This document shows positions 19,564-34,784 of a stretch of 64,000 nucleotides of DNA, piece by piece (within the stretch, counting starts at the first letter, position 1; each line of letters opens with the position of its first letter). The notes under the pieces are model-generated. The model did not search any database and was not told the origin of the DNA. It worked only from the letters and a program-made list of their open reading frames with translations. The DNA is taken from assembly GCA_034670305.1 (NCBI GenBank), contig JAXMNT010000006.1, forward strand, positions 1-64,000, written 5' to 3'. The position numbers and the translations under genes are program-made. This stretch comes from Deltaproteobacteria bacterium (GTDB taxonomy: Bacteria > Myxococcota_A > Polyangia > Polyangiales > Houyiibacteriaceae).

Positions 19564-20529
19564 TCAGAGCCGGCGGCTGATCAGGGCTTCTCGGCGCAGT
19601 TCGAGGATGAAGGTGCGTTCCTGCCGCTCCATCTGTCCGCCCAGCATCTCTTGGTAGAGCTGATCCCGCATCGTCGCGAAGTCGGGAATGTTCGCGCCGC
19701 CCTGCTGCCGTTCGTGCACGAGGAAGATGTGGATGCCGCGGGGGGTCTGAATCGGAGCGCTGATCTCTTCGGTGTCGAGGGCCATCAGCGCGTTCTCGAG
19801 CGCTTCGGGCAGATCGCCCTGGGAGAGCCAGCCGAGTTCCCCGCCCCCGTGCAGTTCCATCGCCTGGGCGAAGCTGTCGACGGTGACCTCGGACCGAATG
19901 GTCTCGCCTTGGGTGCGCAGCTCCGCCACGTCCGTGGCGCTGGCGCCGTCGGGCATCGGAAGGAAGATCTGCGACACGTGGAAGCGGGCCCGGCGGTTCG
20001 CCGATCGCACCCGATCGTCATAGACCCGGCGGACGTCGGCTTCGGTGATGTTCACCCGGCCTCGGACGCGCTGGTTGACGACCTTCAGCCGCAAGAGCTG
20101 CCGGCGCAGGTCCGAGCGGTACTGCGCTTCGGTGTATCCCTGGGACTGGACGGCCTGCCAGAACTCTTCGCGGGTCAGCCCGTTCTGCCGGATGACGTTC
20201 TCCACCGCGCGTTCCACGTCTCGCGTCGAGACCCGGACCTGCATGCGGGAGGCCGCCTGCTCGAAGAGCGCTTCGTCCACGAGCCGCTCGAGCAGCTCGT
20301 CGTAGAGTTGCCGGAGCGCACCCATGCGCATCTCTTCGGACGGCTCCGCCATGATGCGTTCCAGAAACGGCAGCGCGCGACGACGCAGTTCGCTGAGGAA
20401 GATGGCTTCGTCGTTCACGGTCGCGATGACGCGCTCGATGATGTCCGCGCGCGCGCTGCCGGCACCGACGCTGGGGACCGGCGCCATCGTGAGCAGGAGC
20501 AAGAAGGTGAGCAGGGCGTTGCGGTTCAT
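19564..20529 (-). CDS. surA: SurA-family periplasmic chaperone/PPIase
   Basis: IIERVIATVNDEAIFLSEL SurA N-domain; parvulin GGGELGW...PIQTPRGIHIF. Confidence 0.85.
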   Translation of the reverse strand: MNRNALLTFLLLLTMAPVPSVGAGSARADIIERVIATVNDEAIFLSELRRRALPFLERIMAEPSEEMRMGALRQLYDELLERLVDEALFEQAASRMQVRVSTRDVERAVENVIRQNGLTREEFWQAVQSQGYTEAQYRSDLRRQLLRLKVVNQRVRGRVNITEADVRRVYDDRVRSANRRARFHVSQIFLPMPDGASATDVAELRTQGETIRSEVTVDSFAQAMELHGGGELGWLSQGDLPEALENALMALDTEEISAPIQTPRGIHIFLVHERQQGGANIPDFATMRDQLYQEMLGGQMERQERTFILELRREALISRRL

Positions 20530-21584
20530 GGGGTCACACCATTCATGGTCACGTCGGCGGGTGCGTTCGGCGCATTCGGTCGCAGCATGGGCATCGAACC
20601 GGTCGAACTCGGGTCGATGCGGACCGACTCCAGCGCGGCGACGTTCTCTTCAATCGACGCATCGCTTCGCAGGCGGGCGACGAACTCGTCCACCGCTTGG
20701 TCGCGTTTCTCACGCCACAGCCGGTTCTGGATGGGGCGCCGGGCTTCCTCCAGGGTGCGTTCCAGCGCTGCTCGCCGGCCGGTGAGTTTGACGATGTGAA
20801 ACCCTGCGGGGGTCTGCACCAGATCGGGGAACACCCCGCCGATCCGGTCGATCGAGAACGCCGCTTCCGCCACAGCCACGGGAACCGCGGCTTCGTCGTT
20901 CGTGGCGCCATCGGCGGTGCGGCTGCCGTCTTCGCTGAAGAAGCGAAGGTCGCCTCGACGCGATCCCTGGCTTGTGACCGGGTCTTCGTCGTGTTCGTCG
21001 GCCAGACGCCGGAACAGGTTCACGTCGTCTTCCCGCGCGCGGACTTGCTGGAGCACGCGGGTCGCGGCCGCTCGGTCGCGGATGAGAATCTGGCTCGCGC
21101 GCACTTGCGCGGGCTTGTGGAACTCGTTGCCGTTGGCGTCGTAGTAGGCGCGGATTTCTTCTTCGGTGATGTCCGCCAGTCGGATGCGGTCCTCGAAGAG
21201 CTCGCGCATCATGGTCTGAATCATCACCTGCTTGCGGGTGTGGGCGACCTCCGGAAGGTCCTCCATGCCGCGTCGCCGCGCTTCGGCGGCCAGCAGTTCG
21301 AACCGCACGAGGTTCTCGAGGAACTCGCGGCGTCGCTCGGGGCTGTTGTACCGGGCCCGCAGGTAGGGCGACTGGTCCGCCAAACGCTCCGCGAACTCAC
21401 CGACCGTGATCTCGGTGTCGCCGACCTTCACGAGCAGCTCGGCCGCCTGGGCTCGGGTCAGCCCGTGCCGCGCGGTCTCGCCGCCCTCGTCCGGGGTCTC
21501 CGACGCAGTGGAGTCGTCGTCGCCGCCGCACGCACTGAGGACAGCGAGGGAGCCGAGCAAGGAAATGAGGGAGAACAGGCGCAT
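20526..21584 (-). CDS. PpiC-type peptidyl-prolyl isomerase lipoprotein
   Basis: Lipobox VLSA-C; VRASQILI, GDLRFF, VQTPAGFHIVK; ATGA overlap with surA. Confidence 0.88.
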   Translation of the reverse strand: MRLFSLISLLGSLAVLSACGGDDDSTASETPDEGGETARHGLTRAQAAELLVKVGDTEITVGEFAERLADQSPYLRARYNSPERRREFLENLVRFELLAAEARRRGMEDLPEVAHTRKQVMIQTMMRELFEDRIRLADITEEEIRAYYDANGNEFHKPAQVRASQILIRDRAAATRVLQQVRAREDDVNLFRRLADEHDEDPVTSQGSRRGDLRFFSEDGSRTADGATNDEAAVPVAVAEAAFSIDRIGGVFPDLVQTPAGFHIVKLTGRRAALERTLEEARRPIQNRLWREKRDQAVDEFVARLRSDASIEENVAALESVRIDPSSTGSMPMLRPNAPNAPADVTMNGVTP

Positions 21585-21747
21585 GGATCGGGTGCTGTCT
21601 AGCACCCCCCCGAAACCCCCACAATCCCTAGCTTGTTCCAAGTCGCACGGCGGGGGAGCCAAGAAACCACGGAGGATTCAGGACGAACCAAGCGACCGGC
21701 ACGAAGTCCTTGACTTGCCCAGCCCACAAACCGACGATTCGCCCAAC

Positions 21748-22140
21748 ATGGTCGACCTGGCTGGAAAGACGGTCCTTTGCGCGGACGATGATCTCGAGAT
21801 CCTCGGTCTCGTGGTGCGTCACGTGAAGTCCCTGGGCGCCACGGTGCTCGAGGCCAGCGATGGCGAGGAAGCGCTTCGCATCGCGCGGCGCGAGCAGCCC
21901 GACCTGATCGTCCTGGACGTGATGATGCCGGGGATGAGCGGATGGGAAGTCTGCCGAGCCGTGCGCGAAGACGACAGCCTCTCGGGTACGGGCGTCTTGA
22001 TGCTCACCGGCATCGGCGAACGACTCAACGAGATGACCTCGCCGCTCTACGGCGCCGACGACTTCCTCGACAAGCCGTTCGACCTCGACGACCTCGAGCG
22101 CAAGCTCGGAAGCATCGTCGCGGGCCGCGACGCGACTTAG
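21748..22140 (+). CDS. single-domain response regulator
   Basis: VLCADDD, PDLIVLDVMMPGMSG, MLT, GADDFLDKPF. Confidence 0.93.
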   Translation: MVDLAGKTVLCADDDLEILGLVVRHVKSLGATVLEASDGEEALRIARREQPDLIVLDVMMPGMSGWEVCRAVREDDSLSGTGVLMLTGIGERLNEMTSPLYGADDFLDKPFDLDDLERKLGSIVAGRDAT

Positions 22141-22190
22141 CGCCCCGCCGATGGCCGGCCTTGCGGATTGCAGCGGCCGACGGTCTGAGT

Positions 22191-22577
22191 TCAGGGATTC
22201 GCGCTCGAGATCTTCACGTGGTTCTGCGAGAGCGTTTGCAGCACCGAGAGCGTGGTCTGCTGCCAGGTCGTGGCGGCGTTGGTCCGAAAGTGGAGCACGT
22301 ACTGCTTGGCTTCCGGTTCGGCAGCGATCCAATCGAGCCATGTGACGAGCACCCGAATGCTGCTCGAGTTCATGAAGTCGAGCGCCGTGAAGTCGACGAT
22401 CAACTCGTCGAGGCCGTCCGAGACCGCGGCCTGGTGGACGTCCGAGAAGTACGGACGGAACACGTCACTCGGAACCCGAAGCGAGATGGATCCGACGAAG
22501 CCGATGGTCTTCTCGTCGACGACGCGGACCGCGATCTTCTCCAGCGTCAGCGCTTCGAGGCGCTGCAACTGGCTCAC
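22191..22577 (-). CDS. STAS-like / SiaC-like anti-anti-sigma protein
   Basis: VDFTALDFMNSSSIRVLVTW...WQQTTLSVL; GTGA overlap with upstream gene. Confidence 0.8.
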   Translation of the reverse strand: MSQLQRLEALTLEKIAVRVVDEKTIGFVGSISLRVPSDVFRPYFSDVHQAAVSDGLDELIVDFTALDFMNSSSIRVLVTWLDWIAAEPEAKQYVLHFRTNAATTWQQTTLSVLQTLSQNHVKISSANP

Positions 22578-23104
22578 GTGGTCCCCTCGGGAAGCGAGCC
22601 ACGTGCGATGACCTGAACGCGGCCGGCTTCGTCGATCTCCACGCTCAGCGACATGGAGGCTTCGTGCTGGATGCGGGCGAGACCGAGACCGCTCTCGTTC
22701 TCGGGCAAGGTCAACGCTCTTCGCATCGCCTTCGCATACGCATCCGCTGGGTCGAGTTCCCGAAGCGCGGCAAGCGCCTGGCGAAGTCGACCGGCGTGTT
22801 CCGGCTGGGCTGTGTTCGTCACTCGAATCTCGACGCTGGCGTCGGTGCACTCGATGGACAACCCAAGGCTCGCTCGATCATTCTGCGGACTGTACTTGAT
22901 CGCGTTCTCGATGAGTTCGTGCACCGTCAGCCGGACCCGATGGCCCAGGGCATCGTCCTCGAACGTCGACTCCGCGAAGGTCCCGCAGAACTCCCGGACC
23001 TGATCCACGTACCGCCACAGCGGCTTGAACCGGAGTTGTACGAGGCGCTGCGAGGTCTCGTCGGTTCCCACCCATTTGGGATACCATCGCGCCGCAGGGG
23101 CCAC
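22574..23104 (-). CDS. HATPase_c (RsbW/SiaB-like) protein kinase / anti-sigma factor
   Basis: HELIENAIKYS N-box and SGLGLARI G-box without a HisKA domain. Confidence 0.85.
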   Translation of the reverse strand: MAPAARWYPKWVGTDETSQRLVQLRFKPLWRYVDQVREFCGTFAESTFEDDALGHRVRLTVHELIENAIKYSPQNDRASLGLSIECTDASVEIRVTNTAQPEHAGRLRQALAALRELDPADAYAKAMRRALTLPENESGLGLARIQHEASMSLSVEIDEAGRVQVIARGSLPEGTT

Positions 23105-23133
23105 AACGACGGAACGTTACAGCGTAGCCGCAA

Positions 23134-23862
23134 TCAATCGTTGATGGTGAGGGTGACCTCGTCGCCAGGCTGCAGCAGCGTGCCCGCATCCGGGCTCTGT
23201 CGCAGCACGACGAAGTCGGCCCGGTTCTCGTTGAAGTCCCGGCGGATCTTCACCTCGAGCCCCAATTCCCCGAGGGCCTCTCGAACCGTCCGGTAGTTCT
23301 GCCCGACGTAGTCTTCCAGAGTGATGCCCGCCGGCGCGGCGACGATGTTCACCGTGCTGCCGGCGTCCACTTCGGTGCCGGGCGGCGGGTCGAGCGCCGT
23401 CACCGCGCCCGACGCACCTTCGCCAGTCTCGTCCACCGTGCCGACGACCAGGCCGAGTCGGAGAAGCTCCGCGCGCGCATCCGCGAGCGGACGTCCGACC
23501 AGTGCCGGCACGTCGAGGCGCGGCGCGCCGGTCGAGATCGTGACGTTCACGGCCGTCTCCGCCGGGACTTCGCTCCCGGCCAAGGGTTCCTGTTCGCTGA
23601 CGGTGCCCGGCTCGTGGTCGGCGCTCGGTGCTTCGGCCGCGACCACCCATCGAAGACCACGGTTCTGAACGAGTTCTCGCCCGGTGTCGCTCTCGAGCCC
23701 GACGACCGAGGGCACCTCGACGGTGTCGCCCGACGCCTCGGCGTCCCCGCCGGGCGCGGACTCGAGCGCGCGCAAGCCATACGTGGTCGCCGCGCTGGTG
23801 AGCGCGGCCGCGAAGACCGCCATGTACAAAGTTCGGCCGCGGTCGTGGTCGCGTTCGCTCAT
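23134..23862 (-). CDS. membrane-anchored PASTA-domain protein (3 PASTA repeats)
   Basis: VPSVVG...QEPLAGSEV, VPALVG...DPPPGTEV, EDYVGQ...QSPDAGTLL repeats after an N-terminal TM. Confidence 0.9.
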   Translation of the reverse strand: MSERDHDRGRTLYMAVFAAALTSAATTYGLRALESAPGGDAEASGDTVEVPSVVGLESDTGRELVQNRGLRWVVAAEAPSADHEPGTVSEQEPLAGSEVPAETAVNVTISTGAPRLDVPALVGRPLADARAELLRLGLVVGTVDETGEGASGAVTALDPPPGTEVDAGSTVNIVAAPAGITLEDYVGQNYRTVREALGELGLEVKIRRDFNENRADFVVLRQSPDAGTLLQPGDEVTLTIND

Positions 23863-23926
23863 CGATTGTCTTTCGGGTTGGGCCCGACCGTTCGGGCGCG
23901 CTGGCCGCGCGTGTGGTCGGCGCGGT

Positions 23927-24748
23927 TCATTCGTCGACCACCTGGACGTCCAGGGGGCTGGCGAGGAGTTGAATGGGTTCGGAGCACCGAATGCAGAACG
24001 ACGCGTCGATGTCGTTGACGCGGCTGCAGCGTCCGCAGCGCCAGGGTTTCAGAGGGGCGCTGCAGTGTTTGCAAAACCGTGCGTGGGCAAGGTTCTGCCC
24101 CTGACAGTGCGGACACGCGTCGGGCGAGACCGACAAGGCGGCATCGACTTCGTCGAACATCTTCTCGAGGTCGATGTCGTCCACCGGTTCGGTGGAGTCG
24201 GCGCTCGGTCGTTTGCGGATCTTCTTCGGAGAGACGGTTTTCCCGAGCGGCATCGTCATGTCGACCGCACTCGCCTCTGGTCCCGGAGCCATGCCGTGGG
24301 CCTGAGTGGGTTCCACCGGCACGACATTGGGTTTCGGCTTCTTGCCCACCTTGGGCCCGAGCGAGCGGGCTGCGGGCTCCGGTTCGCGTCTCGGCAGCCG
24401 AACCGACGGTTCCGCGGGCCGGTGATCCTCGGGTTCGCCTCCTGCTTCCTCGTCGTCGTAGACCGGTCGCACCGCGACCGCTCTCTGGCGGGTGACGAGG
24501 TCGTCCAATCCGATCGTGAGACCAGCACCCACGAGGGCGAGGACGAGCGCGGGCAAGGGTGGCCAGCCCGCCGCGATGAGGGCGCCTCCGGCGGCGAGCG
24601 CACCGGCCAGGAGAAAACGAACGCGCCGACCTCGCGCCGGGCCTCCGGCGCCGAAGGGGCGGCCTACGAGGTACCCGATGAGACTGGTCGCGCAGAGTCC
24701 GTAGAGGAGTTCGAGCGGCGGGGGCATCCGGGGGCCGAAGCACACCAT
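23927..24748 (-). CDS. membrane protein with C-terminal double zinc ribbon
   Basis: Three N-terminal TM segments; CPHC...FCKHC...CGRC...FCIRC. Confidence 0.8.
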   Translation of the reverse strand: MVCFGPRMPPPLELLYGLCATSLIGYLVGRPFGAGGPARGRRVRFLLAGALAAGGALIAAGWPPLPALVLALVGAGLTIGLDDLVTRQRAVAVRPVYDDEEAGGEPEDHRPAEPSVRLPRREPEPAARSLGPKVGKKPKPNVVPVEPTQAHGMAPGPEASAVDMTMPLGKTVSPKKIRKRPSADSTEPVDDIDLEKMFDEVDAALSVSPDACPHCQGQNLAHARFCKHCSAPLKPWRCGRCSRVNDIDASFCIRCSEPIQLLASPLDVQVVDE

Positions 24749-24793
24749 CTAAGGGCCACCTCCGCAAGCAGGATACGACATGGGCCCACTGGA

Positions 24794-25585
24794 CTAGAAG
24801 GTGACCCGCCCCACCGCGTCGCGGGCCACCCAGCCACGCTCGTCGCCGATTCGCACCCGTATGTAGTGGCCGGTCTCGTCGGTTTCCAGGAGTGTCGCGG
24901 CATCGCCCTCTCGGACTTGGCCGCGGCTCGCGTGGCGTTCGTCCGGTCCTTCCCGCAGCGCGGCTCGGTCGACCAAGACGATGCCCTCGGCCCCGTCTCG
25001 AAACACGCCGCGTTTCGTCATGACGCCGACGGCGAAGGCGGTGGTGGCGATGCTCTCCACCACGAGGAGCAGAGCGAGCCCGACCCGAAGCCGTCGTCTC
25101 GCCCGGCGAAACCAGACCACGCTCAGCAGCAATGCCACGACGAGCGCGAGCAGTCCCCAGGCCAGCACGGGCTCGGTGAACCCTCGGTACATCGCGTCGG
25201 ACAAGCCGCCCGAGACGATGATCTCTCCGACCCCCTCGCTGGCGGCGCGCCGCTCGGCGAGGATCCGTCGAGCCGCCTGAAGCCCTGCTTCCGCCTCCGC
25301 GTCTGAGGGTCGCAGGCGGAGGGTGCGCTCGAAGTGCTGGGTCGCCGCGCCCAGCCGTCCGAGACGGGCTTGCGCCGTCGCGAGGTTGAACTCGACGTCC
25401 GGGTCGACCACGTGCGCGTCGAGCAGCCGCTCGTACTGTTCGATGGCGTCGTCGTAGCGTTCCGCGAGGAAGGCTTCGTTGCCACGCGCGAAGATCTCTT
25501 CGGTCGACTGTGCGAGGCCGAGGGACGGGCCGAGCGCCGCGATCACGAAGGCGGCGGCAACGGCATGGCTTCGAACGCGGTTCAC
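24794..25585 (-). CDS. batE: BatE-like TPR + SH3 membrane protein
   Basis: FARGNEAF...YDDAIEQY, FNLA TPR, two TMs, SH3-like GDERGWV; GTGA overlap with batD. Confidence 0.8.
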   Translation of the reverse strand: MNRVRSHAVAAAFVIAALGPSLGLAQSTEEIFARGNEAFLAERYDDAIEQYERLLDAHVVDPDVEFNLATAQARLGRLGAATQHFERTLRLRPSDAEAEAGLQAARRILAERRAASEGVGEIIVSGGLSDAMYRGFTEPVLAWGLLALVVALLLSVVWFRRARRRLRVGLALLLVVESIATTAFAVGVMTKRGVFRDGAEGIVLVDRAALREGPDERHASRGQVREGDAATLLETDETGHYIRVRIGDERGWVARDAVGRVTF

Positions 25586-27497
25586 GCCGCGGCCTCTTCG
25601 GCGGCGACGGGCACCCGTTCGAGCTCCGCGAGCAGTCCGCGCGCGCGTTTGAGGCAGGCGAGCATCTCCTCGCGGCTGCCACCGGCCGAACTGAACCGAG
25701 CGAAGTCGCAGCTCTCGAGTTCTTCCACCAGGCGCCGGATCAGGTCGTGGCCGCATCCGCGGTCCCGCAGCAGCGCGCGGAGTTCCTCGTGGGTGAGGCC
25801 GCGCGGCGTGGTCTTGGTCCGTCCTTCGATGGAGCGCTCCAGCGTGGCGGTGATGGCCGCGTAGAACTCGCGCGGCTCGCTGGCGTCCGCGTGTTTCTCA
25901 GCGTCGGCGAGCTGCTTGCGCGCGGTGCGTTTGGCGACCTTCGTCTCGTCGACGGGTCGGCGGCGCACGCGGCCCACGAGCAGCGCGGTCAGTCCGAGGA
26001 TCGGGAACCCGAAGAGCAGCGCCCAATACCAAGGTTGCGAGGACACGGGCGGACGGCCGACATCCAACGCACTCGCTTGCCGAATCGGGCCGAACGCAAA
26101 CGAGCTCGTCGGCGGTGGCACGGGGGTGTCGACGTCGGCCGGATCCGGATCGGTCGCGTCCGGATCGGCGATGCCAGGGACCGCGTTGCCGGCCGCCACG
26201 AGCGTGAGCGGCGGGGCGGCCACGGTGGAGAGCCGTTCGGTCTCGGGGTCGAAGACGCGAAGCGAGAGGCCATCGATGACGTGGGTCCCGGGCTCGCGCG
26301 GGATCACCAGCCACTCGAAGGTCCGCACCCCGCCGACGCGGTCGCCGGGTTGTTCGACGCGGTCCTGGATCTGCGGTTGCAAGAACTCGAGCGCCGAGGT
26401 CGACGGAAGTTCGAACCGCACGTCCCGCAAGTTGCCGGTCCCTCGAACGGTCGCGAGCAGCGTGACCGCGTCGCCGGTGCGGGCTTGGGTCCGGTCGATG
26501 CGCGCTTCCACGGAGTAGTTCCCGACCACGACGTTGCCGCTCGGCGCATTCGGGATCGGCCGGGCGTTGATCTGAATCGCGACCCCGGTGCGTTCCATTT
26601 GCTGAGGCTGGGCGAAGAGGTCGAAGAGCGAGCCGCTCTGGAGCGTCATCTGCGGCGCGCCGATCGTCAGCGCGCCTTCCCGAAGCGGGAACGCGGCGAA
26701 CCGGCGGATCAAATACACTCGGTAGGTCTGGCCCTGGATGTTCTGGATCTCCGGATCGAGTGAACGCTGCGGGGGAAGCAGATCATGGATCCAGAACCCA
26801 TCGGCGGTGGGTTCTTGGTCGACGTGCGGCGCCGCGCGGATCGGCGAACGCGTGTAGAGGTAGACGCTGACCGTTGTCTGCTGACCGATGTAGGGGTCTG
26901 CCACGTCTGCGACGGTGCGGATGAACGCGATCGGGTCCACCTGCGCGCCATCCACCGCCACGGCGGGCGCATTCGGGTTTTGCTGCGGCTGAATCTGAGT
27001 CGGGTTTTGCGGGTTCTGCGGGTTCTGAGGATCCGGCGGGGTCGCGCCCGACCCACCAACGACCACGGTCAGCGGGTCGCTGCGAAACGTGTGACCGCCG
27101 GCCTCGGCCTCGGCGGGCTCGAACGTATGTCGGCCGGGTGTCAGCGCTTCGAGCACGTACGTGTGCACGGTCGTCGACTGGATGACCTGCTGCTGCTGTC
27201 CGAATCCGAAACGAAACTGGAGCGGACGCGACACCTGACGCGAGCGCACCGCGAAGCCATCGAGGCTGGGTGGATCGAAGCGGGTGACTTCCGCACCGGT
27301 GACGTTCGCACGCACTTGAAGCCGAAACGTGTCGCCCACGGCGACCGAGGTGCGATCACTCGTCATGACGACGGTGCCGCTCGTCTGCGCGCTCACGGGA
27401 GACACGACGAGCCACAGCACGCCGGCGAGCGCGCCACACACGGAGGGGCCCCACGCGACGCGGGCGCCTGCAACCGCAGTCTTGGGTGGGCCGCCGA

Positions 27498-27501
<4 letters not shown>
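25582..27501 (-). CDS. batD: BatD-family protein
   Basis: Ig-like repeats (VAVGDTFRL, PYIGQQ, GDAVTL...GTGNL), C-terminal TM and CDFARF; GTGA overlap with batC. Confidence 0.85.
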
Positions 27502-28507
<1,006 letters not shown>

Positions 28508-28511
<4 letters not shown>

Positions 28512-29716
28512 GTCGCTCGGGTCCCAGGCTTGGATTCGTTCGAGGTTCGTTTCTTGCGGCGACGGCGCCTGGGGGCCGGGGTCTTCGGTCGGCGGCGACC
28601 AATCCAGGCTTCGGGAAGCAGGGGTTCCAACAGTAGCAAGAGAAACCCGGGAAGCAGGGCCAACGCGTAGCGATCTTCGCGGGTCACGATGCGGCGGGAT
28701 TCCGACTCGGATTGATGCATGGCGCGCATGCGTTGGCGGATGCGGTCCACGCCGACCTGTCCCTGGCGGGCGCGAATGTACTCGCCGCCGGTGCGCTCGG
28801 CGATCGCCTGCAAGGTCTCTTCGGCTTCCGCCGTGAGCGCCGTGTGGACGACGTTGCCTTCCCGGTCTCGGAGGTACCCAGTCCAGGTCCCATCGGGCGA
28901 GTAGGTCGGAATGGGTTCCCCGGTGCGTGAACCGATGCCCACGACGAACACCTGCACACCGATGTCGGCGAGCTCCTGGGCTGCGGTCAGTGGGTCGCCT
29001 TCGTGGTCTTCGCCGTCGGTCAGCAGGATGACGATGCGGGATCGCGCTTGGGTCTCTTCGGCGTCCGGGTCGCGGGTGGGCGCGGAGCGTTCGAGCAGGC
29101 GTTTGCTCGAGACGAGCGCGCGGCCGATGGCGGTGCCACCCACGGGCATGTCGTACGGACCGAGGTCGGAGAGGAACAGCCCGATGGCGGCGTAGTCGTT
29201 CGTCATCGGGAACTCCATCGTGTCCCCCGCGAATGCCACGACACCCACCCGGTCGCCCTCGAGTTCTTCGAGCAGCCGCAGCAGCTCCGCTTTCGCGCGG
29301 TCGATGCGGCTCGGACGCACGTCGCGGGCGAGCATGCTCTTCGAGAAGTCGAGCGCGAGCACCACATCGACGCCCTGTTTGTGGAGCACGCGGGTCCGGC
29401 TCCCGTACTGCGGGCCGGAGAGCGAGAGCACGACGAACATCAAACCGACGACCAGAATCGTGGCGCGTGCGACCCGCCAGGGTGCGCCGTTGCCGGCGAC
29501 GAGCACCTCGAGCGTGGACGCGACGCCGAACCGTTCGGTGGCGCGCTCGCGCAGCCACCACCGCAGCGCGATGGCGGCGGTCACCGCGATCGGCAGTCCG
29601 AGCAGCCACAGCATGCCCGGGTTCTTCCAATGCACCGGAAGGGTCAACGCCAGCGCGCCACACGCGCCCACCGTGACCATCGTGGTGATCATCCAGAGAA
29701 GTTTCGGGTACTTCAT
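28508..29716 (-). CDS. batB: BatB-like VWA membrane protein
   Basis: GPQYG, ALDFSKSMLARDVRPSRI, GGTAIG, LLTDGEDHEG. Confidence 0.88.
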
Positions 29717-30887
29717 GGCCACTTCCTCAGCAGCACGAGTCCGATGAGCAGTTCGAGCATCAGGAGAACGAGCGCCGGCCAGACGAACGCGGGGAAGAGT
29801 TCTCCGAACACCCGGCCACCGTCTTCGATCTCGGTCTTCTCGAGTTCGTCCAGGATGCTGTGGAAGCTTTGCTCGAGTGCGCGGCGGTCGCCGACCTGGA
29901 AGTACTCGCCGTTCGTCCGCTCGCTCATGCGCTGCAGCAGTTCCGGGTTCACCGGGAAGTTGCCCACGTCGAAGAGCGGACGACCGAAGAGATCGATGCC
30001 TCGCTGCACTCGGCTGTCCCCGGACACGCCCATGAGGATCGAGAACACCTTCACCTCCATCGTGGCGGCGAGTTCGGCGGCCTGATCCGGAGAGACGTTG
30101 CCCGCGTTGGAGTCACCGTCGGTCAACAGAATGATGACCTTCGACTTGGCCTGGCTGCGGCGCAGGCGGTTGAGGCCGGTGCCGACGGCGTTGCCGATGG
30201 CGGTGCCGCGGCCGTCGATGAGCTCCAGCTGCAGTTCCGAGATCACCGTCTGGAGCGCTTGTTCGTCGGTGGTGAGCGGCATCAACGTGTAGGCGTCCCG
30301 GCCGAACACCACCGCGCCGATGCGGTCGTTCGGGCGGCGCGAGATGAAGTCCGCCACCACCTGCTTGGTGGCATCGAAGCGGTTCGGTTCGATGTCGGCG
30401 GCCCGCATCGAGAGCGACATGTCGAGCACGAGCACGATGTCGATGCCCTCGACCTCGGACTGGTCGCGCGCGTGAATGCTCTGCGGGCCCATCAGGGCGA
30501 TCGCGATCAGCGTGAGCGCCGTGACCCGCAGGCCGACGGTGCTGCTCGAGATGAGGAGGCGCCAGCCGGGGCGCGTGCGCCGCAACATCGTGCCGCGGCT
30601 CACCTGGATGCGGGGCCGCGCGAAGCGATGGAGGTAGTGCGCGGCCAACAGCAGCAAGGGCGCCAAGAGCATCCACTTGGCCCCGCCCCGTTCAAACCGG
30701 ATCGTGTCGCGTTCGAGCGGCACCTCGAACACCGACTCGACCACGTACGCGGTGATGTACGCGGTCGGCACGAGGAAGAAGAGGGTCCAGGCGATCGGCA
30801 ACAGCCGATCCAGCCAGCGCTGCCGCGGCGTGCGTGGGTCGGTCGGCTTCGTGGGACGCGCCGCCGACGCGATGGGCTTCTTCGCCT

Positions 30888-30891
<4 letters not shown>
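29713..30891 (-). CDS. batA: BatA-like VWA membrane protein
   Basis: GIDIVLVLDMSLSM, DRIGAVVFG, GTAIGNA, LLTDGDSNAG, DELEKTEI. Confidence 0.9.
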
Positions 30892-32869
<1,978 letters not shown>

Positions 32870-32873
<4 letters not shown>

Positions 32874-33757
32874 CGCGCCCTCGCCATGCGTTTCTGGCGG
32901 CGGCGGAACAGCTCCGCGATCGGCTTCACGAGGTCGCCGTCGGTCCGCAGCGTGACGTGGTCCACCTTCAACCGCCGAAACAGCTGCTCGCGTTTCGCAC
33001 GCGTCGTCAGCACCTGCCGCGCGAACGCGCGCCGCACGCGCGGATCGGACGTGTCGACTTCGAGCACTTCCCCGGTCTCGAGATCTTCGACGAGCGCGAG
33101 GCCCACGTCGGGAAGTTCTTCTTCCCGACGATCGATCACCTGCACCGGGATGAGGTCGTGCCGCGTCGACGCGACCCGCAGCGCCTTCTCGTAGCCCTCG
33201 TCGATGAAGTCGCTGATCATGAACGCGACGCTGCGGCGTTTGTTGAGGCTGCCGAGCAGGTCGAGTGCGGCGCCGATGTTCGTGCCTTCGCCCTCCGGGT
33301 TGGCGTTCAAAATTTCGGTCACGACGCGCATCACGTGACCGCGGCCCTTCTTGGGCGGCACGAAGCGTTCGATGCGATCGGTGAAGAGGATCAATCCGAC
33401 GCGGTCGTTGTTCTTGATCGCGCTGAACGCGAGGAGCGCCGCGACTTCGGCCACCGCTTCGATCTTCGGTCGTCCGACGGAACCGAACCGCTCCGAGGCG
33501 CTCAGATCGACCATCAACATGACGGTCATCTCGCGCTCTTCGGTGAACATCTTCACGTACGCTTCGTTCATGCGCGCAGAGACGTTCCAGTCGATGAACC
33601 GAACGTCGTCGCCCGGCTGGTACTGGCGCACTTCGCTGAACGCCATGCCGCGTCCCTTGAAGACGGAGTGGTAGCTGCCCGCGAGCTGGTCGTTGGCCAG
33701 TCGAGACGTGTAGATCTCGATCTTCCGGAGCTTCTTGACGAGTTCGCGCGGGATCAT
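32870..33757 (-). CDS. DUF58 domain protein (MoxR-associated)
   Basis: YHSVFKGRGMAFSEVRQYQPGDDVRFIDWNVSAR, EERE, ISDF. Confidence 0.95.
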
Positions 33758-33764
33758 CGAACGC

Positions 33765-34784
<1,020 letters not shown>

